In this document: positions 1-8,717 of the stretch, piece after piece
Numbering within the stretch: the first letter of the stretch is position 1
How the letters are laid out: the number at the start of each line of letters is the position of its first letter
Source of the DNA: a virus
DNA: 64,000 nucleotides
Virus record (IMG/VR): IMGVR_UViG_3300030430_004105
Location: 1 to 64,000 of that record
Reading direction: 5' to 3' (one strand)
Notes under the pieces: generated by a model
What the model was told of the DNA's origin: nothing
The model's database searches: none
What the model saw: only the letters and a program-made list of their open reading frames with translations
Made by a program: the position numbers and the translations under genes

Positions 1-1
1 C

Positions 2-1237
2 CTCTAATTTTGCAATAATTAATGGACGAGTTTTCATAGATGTTGTAAAGCCCGGTACAGCACTTGGGTTTCCTATTGCAGATACTTGTTCAATATATTC
101 ATTTGATCCTTTGAGGCTAAAATAAATGTTGGGATATTCTAGATCAATAAGTTTTTCTAAGACTGAATACCCAATGTTGTTGTTTTCAACTACTAGTAAG
201 CAGCCACCGTACTCTCTTCCTGCAGAATACAGCATGTTTGCGAAGTCATCGATGTTTGGCTTACCTTTGTATTCTGCTACAATCTCCATTGTATCAGTAT
301 TGACAACATGAAACACAGAGTAGTCAGCACCGTCACCTCTGGCAACGTCTGCAACTAGCACATACTTCTTTCCGTCTTGGCACTCTTCCCAGATCCAATA
401 GTTTCTGTCATACCCAACCTTGTGCTTTGGCTCACATATCATCTTTTCGATTCTATCTATATCGTCAGGAGCAATCACAGTTTCACCAGAAGCATTGAAA
501 TTACATTCATACTCTTGTGCAATCTGTCTCATGTTCATGTTCTTTGTTTCATCATCAAACCATTTAGCATCCCTATCTGGGTGTCTGCTCCAATGTAGCC
601 TTGTGGGCTTGAAATTGTTAACTCCTGACTCTGCATCAACGTAGGTAGTGTGAAACCAATTACCAACACCATTAGGTGTTGAGAGGGCAATACAGCGCCC
701 CCCTGTGGATATTGTAGGGTAGATACCTGTCCACAATTGCTCCATGTCTGGAATGAAAGCAGCCTCATCAAGCACTAGTAAGGATAATGCTTCCGAACGC
801 CCAGCATCACCTGCAGTAGATGAAGCCTTGATCCAAGATCCATTAGAGAGTTCAAATGAAGTTCTGTTGTCCACAGTAATCTTTGCAATCTGCATCCACT
901 CTGGTAAGGACTTAACCATCTCTTTTACTTTGATTACAACGTTCTTTGCTGTCTCTAGTTTGGTACAAAGAATCAAAACCTTCTTGTGTTTGTGGAACAT
1001 CATTAACCAAGCGACATGAGCAGCAACAATTGTCGAGATACCCATCTGTCTTGCCTTAAGAACTACATTAAAGCGATACTTCTCTAGATCAACTAGCAAC
1101 TCGTCTTGAAAATCGTATGTATCGAAACGTACCAAGCCGTGAACCGCATGTGGAATGCGGCAGAAGTTATTGACAAAGTATTCTTGAGACTTGCCACATT
1201 TTAATAACTCTTCTACGGCTTGTTGTTTCGATATCAT
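2..1237 (-). CDS. terL: Terminase large subunit (T4 gp17-like), 3' end runs off the window
   Basis: Absent from the ORF track; translated by hand from ATG at 1237 (SD AGGA): MISKQQAVEELLKC..., Walker A-like VLKARQMGIST, Walker B LLVLDEAAF, coupling motif LSTPNG, QEYEC, nuclease motif ADVARGDGADYS. Confidence 0.93.
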   Translation of the reverse strand, partial: MISKQQAVEELLKCGKSQEYFVNNFCRIPHAVHGLVRFDTYDFQDELLVDLEKYRFNVVLKARQMGISTIVAAHVAWLMMFHKHKKVLILCTKLETAKNVVIKVKEMVKSLPEWMQIAKITVDNRTSFELSNGSWIKASSTAGDAGRSEALSLLVLDEAAFIPDMEQLWTGIYPTISTGGRCIALSTPNGVGNWFHTTYVDAESGVNNFKPTRLHWSRHPDRDAKWFDDETKNMNMRQIAQEYECNFNASGETVIAPDDIDRIEKMICEPKHKVGYDRNYWIWEECQDGKKYVLVADVARGDGADYSVFHVVNTDTMEIVAEYKGKPNIDDFANMLYSAGREYGGCLLVVENNNIGYSVLEKLIDLEYPNIYFSLKGSNEYIEQVSAIGNPSAVPGFTTSMKTRPLIIAKLE

Positions 1238-1247
1238 AGTTTCCTAA

Positions 1248-1610
1248 TTATAATTTTGACTGTATCTCTCTTTTGTAAAAATTTAAAGAAGCCGTCATGT
1301 CTCTGCTTCTCTCAAATTGCATAGCATAATCTTCAACGGCTCTTCCGATTTCTTCTTTCGAAACGCCTTTGAATTCCATATAATCCCTAACAACTTCAAT
1401 AATTTGATCAATCGACTGAGTTGTTTGAAAGTTTTTACTTTTAGATTTTGCATAGCCAAAAAGTTTTTCGTCCAAGCCACCGTCTCCTGCATTTCTTGAT
1501 CTTAATCGTGGAACGGGATCAAGATTTATATAATTGCCGGTGTTTTCATTGAGGACTTTGCTTAACTCCTCTTTTATCAATTGTTTGATATAGTTTTTTG
1601 TTACTTTCAT
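1248..1610 (-). CDS. Hypothetical protein with MKVTKNYIKQLIKEEL leader (candidate internal head protein)
   Basis: 120-aa ORF with SD AGGAGG; N-terminus shared with 1685..2059, remainder unrelated. Confidence 0.7.
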   Translation of the reverse strand: MKVTKNYIKQLIKEELSKVLNENTGNYINLDPVPRLRSRNAGDGGLDEKLFGYAKSKSKNFQTTQSIDQIIEVVRDYMEFKGVSKEEIGRAVEDYAMQFERSRDMTASLNFYKREIQSKL

Positions 1611-1644
1611 AGCGACTTCCTCCTTTACTTTTTCGCTTTAAAAT
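1563..1644. repeat. ~82-bp direct repeat, copy A (stop + SD + first 16 codons of leader gene)
   Basis: Aligns without gaps to 2012..2093 with 9 mismatches by hand count. Confidence 0.9.
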
Positions 1645-1672
1645 CTTTTTCTTCTTGTTGTTTCAATATCAT
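1625..1672 (-). pseudogene. Relic of terL 5' end / mini-ORF MILKQQEEKDFKAKK
   Basis: AGGAAACTATGATATTGAAACAACAAG versus terL AGGAAACTATGATATCGAAACAACAAG (1 mismatch in 27 nt). Confidence 0.75.
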
Positions 1673-1684
1673 AGTTTCCTGATA

Positions 1685-2059
1685 TTATCTGCCACGAACA
1701 TATTCAAAGCCACCACTTTCGGCGCCATCACCGTACTCGATCTGGATTTGGATTTTGTCACTAAGCAATGCCGAAGCAATACTCTCAGCCGGCAGTCTCA
1801 ACATTTTACTCCAGACTTTACCTGCATTCATAGCAGCCTCTTTGGGATCCCTACCATATTCTCCTGCTTTAGCAAACCCCTCCATTGCGATTAATGGCGC
1901 TTGTCTTCCTCTGACGGATCCGAATTTGCCCATTATGTTATATTCTAATAAATCATCCGACAATATTCGAACAAAACCTCGGACATCACTTCCTTCTGCC
2001 AAAGTTTTTTCTAATTCTTCTTTTACCAATTGTTTGATATAATTTTTTGTAACTTTCAT
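1685..2059 (-). CDS. Hypothetical protein with MKVTKNYIKQLVKEEL leader (candidate internal head protein)
   Basis: Start moved from 2176 to the ATG at 2059, which has SD AGGAGG and matches the paralog start; 124 aa. Confidence 0.7.
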   Translation of the reverse strand: MKVTKNYIKQLVKEELEKTLAEGSDVRGFVRILSDDLLEYNIMGKFGSVRGRQAPLIAMEGFAKAGEYGRDPKEAAMNAGKVWSKMLRLPAESIASALLSDKIQIQIEYGDGAESGGFEYVRGR

Positions 2060-2093
2060 TGCGATTTCCTCCTTTAGTTTTTCGCTTTTAAAT
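2012..2093. repeat. ~82-bp direct repeat, copy B
   Basis: Matches 1563..1644. Confidence 0.9.
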
Positions 2094-2142
2094 TTTTTAA
2101 AAAATTTATTAAATTTTTTTCGGTGTGTTGTTTTGATATCAT
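2074..2142 (-). pseudogene. Second relic of terL 5' end / mini-ORF MISKQHTEKNLINFLKNLKAKN
   Basis: AGGATACCATGATATCAAAACAACA encodes MISKQ, identical to terL residues 1-5; its ATG overlaps the TGA of the upstream gene (ATGA). Confidence 0.7.
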
Positions 2143-2636
2143 GGTATCCTGCGGTATCCCGGACGAACGCCGTCACCTAGAGCATCATAAACAACACGCT
2201 CAAATATCTCACGAGCACCTTCTATGTCTTTTAATACTTTCTGTTCTCTTTTCGGATCGTAACGCCCATACTTCGATGTTGATTCTTCTGACACCGTGCT
2301 TCTCATGTACTCTTCCATCTTTTTATATTCAACTTCTAACTGTTGGGTAGTCATATTGTTTATTTTCAAAAAATCCATGACAGCAAAAAGAATTTCTTTT
2401 CCAGAATATTCTGGATTACCACCACGATCTTTATTACCTAACTCAGCACAAGCATTCCACAACTGGAGAGGAAAATTACTAGTACCATCATAAAGATCAT
2501 TTTCGTTAAAAGTCGGTTTTGCATTTGGATCTAATGGCTTAGATTTTTGCGGAGGAGTAGAGTATTTTCTAATATAGTTCTTAATATCTTCGTCCTCGTT
2601 AACAAATTTTCTAAAATTTTCAAATAACTTTTTCAT
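2139..2636 (-). CDS. Hypothetical protein with MKKLFENFRKFVNE leader
   Basis: 165-aa ORF coupled to neighbours; short amphipathic leader ending in VNE. Confidence 0.7.
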   Translation of the reverse strand: MKKLFENFRKFVNEDEDIKNYIRKYSTPPQKSKPLDPNAKPTFNENDLYDGTSNFPLQLWNACAELGNKDRGGNPEYSGKEILFAVMDFLKINNMTTQQLEVEYKKMEEYMRSTVSEESTSKYGRYDPKREQKVLKDIEGAREIFERVVYDALGDGVRPGYRRIP

Positions 2637-2639
2637 AAT

Positions 2640-3194
2640 TTAATCCTCGTTTTTTGCTGTATAATTTGAAGGCTTCTTAGCCTGTTCTGCGCCTTGCGAA
2701 AGGAAATCCTTGATCGCTTTATCAAGTCTATCTTCTTCGCTTGGTAACCCAACATGCTCAGCATCAACCCCACCTAACTCAAATTTTTGTTGAGCAATAA
2801 TTGACACCCTTTGTCTTGAGATATATTGCATGTTGATCTCGATTTCTGAAGGTTTGTTAAGGCTAAGAGATCCTTCACCTCCAACCTTTTTATATTCTTT
2901 CTTAAGAAACTTCACAATATCTGCAATGCATTGTTCAATATCAGAAGTCAACTGTGGCTTGTGTGAGTCTTTTGCTGTGCATTCTGTATGGTAAGATAAC
3001 ATGACAGTGTTGCCCATAACTCTGATATTGAAACCGTCGATTACACGGGAATCCTTAATAGAACACCCTTTTTCTCTTTTTAGTCCGATTTCTTTTGCAA
3101 GATCCTCGCCTGTAAATCTTTCATCATGTGCTCCATCATAAGCATTTGCTGCTGCTTGTTGTAGCGCTGTTACGATTTGTAATGTTGTAGCCAT
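2640..3194 (-). CDS. Hypothetical protein
   Basis: Likely start MATTLQ at 3194 (SD GAGG), directly after the stop of the upstream gene. Confidence 0.65.
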   Translation of the reverse strand: MATTLQIVTALQQAAANAYDGAHDERFTGEDLAKEIGLKREKGCSIKDSRVIDGFNIRVMGNTVMLSYHTECTAKDSHKPQLTSDIEQCIADIVKFLKKEYKKVGGEGSLSLNKPSEIEINMQYISRQRVSIIAQQKFELGGVDAEHVGLPSEEDRLDKAIKDFLSQGAEQAKKPSNYTAKNED

Positions 3195-3195
3195 T

Positions 3196-3585
3196 TTATT
3201 GTTCCTCTTGATTTGGGCGCCACCCTGTTTGCCACCTTTCTTCTCTTCCATCGACATATTGAATGAAGCAATTCTGACAGCATTCATATTTGTGCATATA
3301 GAAATCATCACCTTTGTCAAAAGAGTAAGTTGAACATACAGGGCAGGTTCTTTTACTATCAGTATTAAGTAGTCTTTTTGGCATTAAAAAACCATCTGTT
3401 TCTACTAAATCATTATCTTCATGATATTTAGAAACTTTTGATTCAAATTTTTTCGTTGTTTCTAGATATTCTTTTTCTTTATCGTCATCCCATCCAGCAT
3501 TAGGGTTTTGTACTGTTTCTTTGCCATACTTCTTCCCTATTGCCTTTTCAAATGCTGCTATCTTGTTAAGATCATTAATCTTCAC
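3196..3585 (-). CDS. Hypothetical zinc-finger protein
   Basis: CPVC...CCQNC; GTG start overlaps upstream stop. Confidence 0.65.
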   Translation of the reverse strand: MKINDLNKIAAFEKAIGKKYGKETVQNPNAGWDDDKEKEYLETTKKFESKVSKYHEDNDLVETDGFLMPKRLLNTDSKRTCPVCSTYSFDKGDDFYMHKYECCQNCFIQYVDGREERWQTGWRPNQEEQ

Positions 3586-4004
3586 TGTGCGCCTCCAAGT
3601 GCCTTTACCAATAGATATGTCAATGTAACGCCTACTGCCACACCTGCTGTGAATACAATCCGATTGTCATCCTTGCCAATTGTTTCTATCTCTTCTTCTA
3701 GTGTTTCAATGACGTCATTCTTTTCTTTTGTGATTCTATCAACTTCACCTTTGTGGAAGTCGATTTGAGACTGTAAGTCGTCTTGTATGAGATCACATTC
3801 TGTTTGTAATAAGTCTAACTCTTTTTGTTTCTGTATGTCACACTTCTCCTGTTCAAACTCAGGCAGAGTTAGTAAGTGCGACATCGCTTCATCATCCAAT
3901 AGCGTTCCCTTGAACGGACAAGGCTGCTCTAATTCTACATAAGTGAATTTACCATTGTCTGCTTGTGCTACTCCTATAAATAATACCAGTAAACTACTCA
4001 ACAT
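3582..4004 (-). CDS. Membrane/exported coiled-coil protein (spanin-like candidate)
   Basis: Signal-like N-terminus MLSSLLVLFIGVAQA, coiled coil, C-terminal TM IVFTAGVAVGVTLTYLLV. Confidence 0.45.
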   Translation of the reverse strand: MLSSLLVLFIGVAQADNGKFTYVELEQPCPFKGTLLDDEAMSHLLTLPEFEQEKCDIQKQKELDLLQTECDLIQDDLQSQIDFHKGEVDRITKEKNDVIETLEEEIETIGKDDNRIVFTAGVAVGVTLTYLLVKALGGAQ

Positions 4005-4368
4005 ACTTAAATCCAAATTTTTGTTCTATTTCTTTAATTAGTGTTTCCGGTTTTTCTTTGAGGATGTTTTGATATTCGTCTTTCCTTTCGGACGTTTTGA
4101 TTTCCAAGTCTGCAACCCTATCACCGTAGTGTTCCAAGATAATGTCAATTTCTTCTTTATATTTTTCATATGCTTCCTTTTGATCCTTAATTCTTATTTC
4201 ATAATTATTTTTTAATTCTTGCATCGATTCTTCATGAGCCTCGATTCTTTGCTGTTCGAGTTCTTTCAGTGACGCATAGTCAACTCTAGATTTAATCCAG
4301 AGAACGAGGAAAAGAGCCGCAATAAGCAACTCTTTCCAGTGTTTTAGCACGTATTTCCAAACCATCAT
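3994..4368 (-). CDS. N-anchored coiled-coil membrane protein (i-spanin-like candidate)
   Basis: TM ELLIAALFLVLWI followed by E/K-rich helix; follows the holin-like gene. Confidence 0.45.
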   Translation of the reverse strand: MMVWKYVLKHWKELLIAALFLVLWIKSRVDYASLKELEQQRIEAHEESMQELKNNYEIRIKDQKEAYEKYKEEIDIILEHYGDRVADLEIKTSERKDEYQNILKEKPETLIKEIEQKFGFKYVE

Positions 4369-4574
4369 ACTCCCTTCATTTTAGCAATAGCGTCGATGAC
4401 GGATTGTCCTCCGATATATAGCCCTGAGATCATAACCCAGTCTGCAGACTCAACCATGCCGAATCCCATGAGGGCTGTCGCTGCAACCCATACCATAAGT
4501 TTACGACTTGTAACTTTGCTGAGCCATGCGTCTACCATTGCTTCTTGCTTTTCTTTGATTTCTTCCATTGTCAT
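4365..4574 (-). CDS. Holin-like small membrane protein
   Basis: 69 aa, two hydrophobic segments after SRK; SD GGAGG. Confidence 0.5.
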   Translation of the reverse strand: MTMEEIKEKQEAMVDAWLSKVTSRKLMVWVAATALMGFGMVESADWVMISGLYIGGQSVIDAIAKMKGV

Positions 4575-4582
4575 GCTTCCTC

Positions 4583-7500
4583 CTATTGTTTAACATGAGC
4601 ATAGCCATCCTTTTTATCTATAACGATTTGCATGTCTACGCAATCCTTCAACGAATCTAGGTGACTAATTAGTAAAACTGTTTTAAAGTTTACCTTAATT
4701 AGTTCCAAAATACGAATAAAGCCCTCCATATTTTCTTCATCTAGTGCTGTTCCGGGTTCATCGAGAATAAAAATGTTTCCTTTTGGCATGGAAGATACTG
4801 TGAGCAAAGCCATACGGATAGCCATGGCAGCAATAGTCTTCTCTGCGCCTGAGCCCATCTCTAGAGGACGAGGATCATGCTTAGGGTGGTTGATGTAAAT
4901 CTCAAACTTACCACCGTCTACTTCGAAGAAAATATTAAAATCAACAATGTTTGCAATTGTTTTTGATATCTCCTCGTTGATTACTGGTAATTTTTTCTTG
5001 ATAACATCAAAAGCAATACCATTAGAGTGCATGCACTGCATATACAAGTCGTATGCCGAATACTGGGATCGGTACTCTTCAAGTTGTTTTGCCATGTCTT
5101 CAAGACTATTTATCTTCTCTTCGATGGAGCCTGTCTGCTTATAGAAGTCCAAACGATCTTTCTCGCACTTAGCAAGTGTTCTCTTGGTAGTCTTGATCTT
5201 AGACTTGAAAGAGTCTTTCTGCTTGAGCATAGTCTCTAGGTTTTCGATTGCTTCTTTGTTGTCTTCGTACTTCTGCTGCTCTGCTTCCAACTCCTCAATC
5301 TCTTTCGAAAGAAGTTTGATCGCTGTTTGATCTCGTTCGAGTTGAAGTCCAATCTCTGTTATCCTAGAGGATGTTTCGACTTTCTTGTCTAGCAACTTCT
5401 GAAACTTGTCTAAGTGTTCTGTTACTTTATCGGGATTTAAATCTTTGAGGCTTTGTTCAAAAGCCGCCATTTTATTATTAGCATCTTCTATCTCTAGTTT
5501 GATAGCAGGTAGTTGGGCGATGGCTATGTTGGCGTCTTTGACAAAAGGATTCTCACAACAGAACCTACAATCCGGATCATACTCATGCTCTTCTAATAAC
5601 TTACCTTTTGCTGCCTTCTGCTTGTATTCCCTTTCTTTGGCGTTCAACACCTTCTCTGCTTCTGTGATAGACTGGCTTAGATCTTCTATTTTGACTCGAC
5701 GAGAGTTAAGTCCATCTATATCAAATGTCTGTTCGAAATCGCACAATGCTTTATATCTTTCTTCTTTGCCCTTTCTTTCTTCGGTAAGTTCTTCTATATG
5801 GTTGTAAAGCCCTGATACTTGTGTCTTTTTCGAAACAATTTTGTTTCTAACTTTTGCTATATCAATTAACTCTGTCGGAACAGATGATATGCTTGATTCT
5901 AACAAGGCTAGTTCGCCATTCAATTCTTCAATTTGCTTTGATAACACTCTGCAATCTTCTTCATGTCCGTTTAAGCGCTTTGTAACTTTTGCTAATTCAA
6001 CTATCTGATCTTTCTTTTCTTGATGGAAATCTCTGCCATCTAGTCGCTTTAACATAGCACGAACCTCTGCTGAGTCTTCTTTTGCAAGACGATACTTCTG
6101 TTCGAACTGGTTTAGATCGAGAAATTTTGCGAAGATTTCTTTACGCTTTGATGCCCCTTCCGAAATGAAATTCAAAGCACCGTTTTGTGAACTCATAGAC
6201 GTCAATAGGAAGTCTTCTAGAGATCCAAAGTGGTTTCGTATAGCCTTGTCTGTTTCATTCCTTGTAGTGCCATTGAGGGGCGTTATATCGCCTGTTATTA
6301 ATGACTCTGAATAGAACGTAACACCTGTCTTTGCTTCAAGCGTTTCTACGCCTTTTAACTTCTTTGTGTACTTCTCTGCTTCTCTTTCAATGACAAACTT
6401 CTGTTCCCCAACGGTAACATCGAGTTTTGCTATTGCCTTATTCTTGTTTTGGTTGATGACGTTGAGGTTCTTCTTCTCGTTCTTTGATGTTGAGTTGAAC
6501 ATAGAGAACAAGATGGAGTCAATGATAGACGATTTACCAGAGAAATTTTTACCGAAGATACCTACAATACCGTTTAGGTTCTGGAAGTTTATCTCATTGC
6601 CCTTTCCGTAATTAAACAGATTGTCCCACCTGATACTGTCCAAATTCCAATTAACATTGCGAGAGATGTCATCTTCTCTAGCAACTGCATCATTGTACTT
6701 CTTGTTGAGTCGATATACATTCTCCAACTCATCCTGAGATAGGTTGAAAGGCTCTAGGTACTCTTCTATTAGATCTTCTTGCACTCTTATGTCTCTGAGA
6801 TCAAGAACTTCCGACTCTCCTTCTCCTAGTTCTACAGAGTTCCTACTTGTTGCCCTGTTAAGAAACGTTACGGATTCTGGGCTGAACTTGTGCTTGACAA
6901 CTTCTGTTGCCTTCTTGATTTGATCAATCGATAGAGAATTATCAGCGATAACACGTATTCTTGCTCCTTCTGGTGGGTTAAAATTTGAAATGTCTGGATT
7001 GCCATTAACATCCAACTCAATGTTCCATGATAAGAATGGACGTGGGTTGTTGAATACAATTGGCTTGATGGTGTGCTTTTTCTTGTTCTTGATGTTCCAT
7101 ATGAGAATACCTTTGTCATCTGTTTCTCCAAAGTTCTGCTGTACTGTGGAACCAGCATACCATATAGTACGCTTGTCGTCTAAATGCTGACGTTGGTGAA
7201 TGTCGCCTAGCATGGCGTAATCAAAATCATCAAAGATAGATATATCATGATCTCCATGAGTCATAGAAAAGCCTGTGTCTGTCTTGGAGTATTGCACTGC
7301 TCCGTGATACAAAGCGATGTTGATCTTACTGTCATCTGTTGGTTCTGTCCAATTGTCTTCATCAAACACAGATAAAACATTCAGCACAACATCGTTTCCG
7401 ATGTCTGTTTCTCCTGAGTTCTTCAGTAAGTGCAGGTTTTTGTGATCCAATGCATTGATGATCGGCGTAATTGCATCTTGGCGTGAACTGTTCTTAAGAT

Positions 7501-7750
7501 TACCATCATGGTTTCCTAGTATAATATATGTCGGTGCAATCTCCCCTAAGTTGTAAAAAAATTCAGAAGCCATCTCTACAAACTCTGGTGAAATCTGTGT
7601 TTTGGTGTGTGCTATATCTCCACAATGTACGATATAATCAACCTTTTCGTTTCGTAAGGTTTCGTAAATTTGCGAAAAGATAATCTTATACTCATAGTGG
7701 TACTTTAAGTTGCGAATATGGGTATCTGCAATGTGTGCTATTTTAATCAT
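4583..7750 (-). CDS. Fused SbcD/Mre11 nuclease - SbcC/Rad50 ATPase (T4 gp47+gp46-like)
   Basis: Phosphoesterase motifs ADTH, GDIAH, GNHD, LYHG, GDIH; Walker A GKNFSGKS; coiled coil with CRFC hook; signature SGAE; Walker B ILDEPGTALD; ISH. Confidence 0.92.
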   Translation of the reverse strand: MIKIAHIADTHIRNLKYHYEYKIIFSQIYETLRNEKVDYIVHCGDIAHTKTQISPEFVEMASEFFYNLGEIAPTYIILGNHDGNLKNSSRQDAITPIINALDHKNLHLLKNSGETDIGNDVVLNVLSVFDEDNWTEPTDDSKINIALYHGAVQYSKTDTGFSMTHGDHDISIFDDFDYAMLGDIHQRQHLDDKRTIWYAGSTVQQNFGETDDKGILIWNIKNKKKHTIKPIVFNNPRPFLSWNIELDVNGNPDISNFNPPEGARIRVIADNSLSIDQIKKATEVVKHKFSPESVTFLNRATSRNSVELGEGESEVLDLRDIRVQEDLIEEYLEPFNLSQDELENVYRLNKKYNDAVAREDDISRNVNWNLDSIRWDNLFNYGKGNEINFQNLNGIVGIFGKNFSGKSSIIDSILFSMFNSTSKNEKKNLNVINQNKNKAIAKLDVTVGEQKFVIEREAEKYTKKLKGVETLEAKTGVTFYSESLITGDITPLNGTTRNETDKAIRNHFGSLEDFLLTSMSSQNGALNFISEGASKRKEIFAKFLDLNQFEQKYRLAKEDSAEVRAMLKRLDGRDFHQEKKDQIVELAKVTKRLNGHEEDCRVLSKQIEELNGELALLESSISSVPTELIDIAKVRNKIVSKKTQVSGLYNHIEELTEERKGKEERYKALCDFEQTFDIDGLNSRRVKIEDLSQSITEAEKVLNAKEREYKQKAAKGKLLEEHEYDPDCRFCCENPFVKDANIAIAQLPAIKLEIEDANNKMAAFEQSLKDLNPDKVTEHLDKFQKLLDKKVETSSRITEIGLQLERDQTAIKLLSKEIEELEAEQQKYEDNKEAIENLETMLKQKDSFKSKIKTTKRTLAKCEKDRLDFYKQTGSIEEKINSLEDMAKQLEEYRSQYSAYDLYMQCMHSNGIAFDVIKKKLPVINEEISKTIANIVDFNIFFEVDGGKFEIYINHPKHDPRPLEMGSGAEKTIAAMAIRMALLTVSSMPKGNIFILDEPGTALDEENMEGFIRILELIKVNFKTVLLISHLDSLKDCVDMQIVIDKKDGYAHVKQ

Positions 7751-7781
7751 AAGTCCTCCTTTTTGTCTAGAATATTGATCA

Positions 7782-8717
7782 TTATAGAGACATTAGTTTT
7801 CTTTTGAGAATCCAGTCTTGATTGTCTCGCATCAAGACAGCACTCTTTTTAAGTTCTGCAAAGGCTTCCTTGCCAATCGATGATACATCTTCACCTTCTG
7901 GTATATCAACCTTCCAAACTTCGATATCATATTTTAAAAGAGTGTGAGCAATCTTCATAGCCTTCTTTTCCGCATCTGGATCTAGGGCTATGAAGACACT
8001 CGAATCATTTCTGATTATGTGTTGAAATAATCTAGATTCTTCTCGAAGAGTCGAACCCAGTAAAGCAACAGCGTTTCCTGCGAATATAGCATCAAATACT
8101 CCTTCTACTAATATAACATCTGAATCCCAATCAATGTTTAGTTCATTGAATATAATATCTCTAGATGCGTCGGGATTCTTGTAGCGCATCCAATGTCCAT
8201 CATAAGAACGAGCGATGAAGTAGTTCACATATCCATCAATATTGAATGATGGTATGATGATCCTGCCTTCAAAATCTCCTTCGCTACAATAGCCAATCTT
8301 GTATCTTAACAAATCACAAGGCTCAATACCTCTATTCTGTAGATATGACAAGGGTATGTTGTCAACCACAGATGTTTTGCCTGTGAGTGTTTTAAACTCT
8401 TTTGGTAAAGAGATGATCTGTTCTTGTTCTGTCACTTCTTCTGGGAACAAATCGAACTCTAATCTAGAGTGATCTACAATGCCAGATAGTTTGTCCCATT
8501 CTTTTAGTTGATTGAAAGAGCCAAAGCGACGAATAACACGTCTGATGTTTCTCCCTCTTGTGTCGCACACCCAGCACTTATAGACGTTTCTCTCAAAATT
8601 AACTGAGAACTTCTTCTTGTGATGGTTGCAATAAGGACAGGTGTATAGATGTTCTGAAGATTGTCTCTTTGGATACCCCAGTACATCATTTACTAACTTT
8701 ATCTTCTCCGATATCAT
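7782..8717 (-). CDS. DNA primase (Zn finger + TOPRIM)
   Basis: CPYC..H..CWVC, FEGRIIIP, YKNP, LVEGVFDA, LDPD. Confidence 0.88.
   Translation of the reverse strand: MISEKIKLVNDVLGYPKRQSSEHLYTCPYCNHHKKKFSVNFERNVYKCWVCDTRGRNIRRVIRRFGSFNQLKEWDKLSGIVDHSRLEFDLFPEEVTEQEQIISLPKEFKTLTGKTSVVDNIPLSYLQNRGIEPCDLLRYKIGYCSEGDFEGRIIIPSFNIDGYVNYFIARSYDGHWMRYKNPDASRDIIFNELNIDWDSDVILVEGVFDAIFAGNAVALLGSTLREESRLFQHIIRNDSSVFIALDPDAEKKAMKIAHTLLKYDIEVWKVDIPEGEDVSSIGKEAFAELKKSAVLMRDNQDWILKRKLMSL

Noticed and set aside
1213-2150. CRISPR array or integron attC array
   Set aside because: Units are ~430-470 bp apart, contain whole ORFs, overlap coding starts and lack attC-type dyads; no cas1 or integrase in the window.
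2060-2176. 39-aa N-terminal extension of the 1685 ORF
   Set aside because: The SD and paralog alignment put the start at 2059; the extension crosses the terL relic and the upstream gene.
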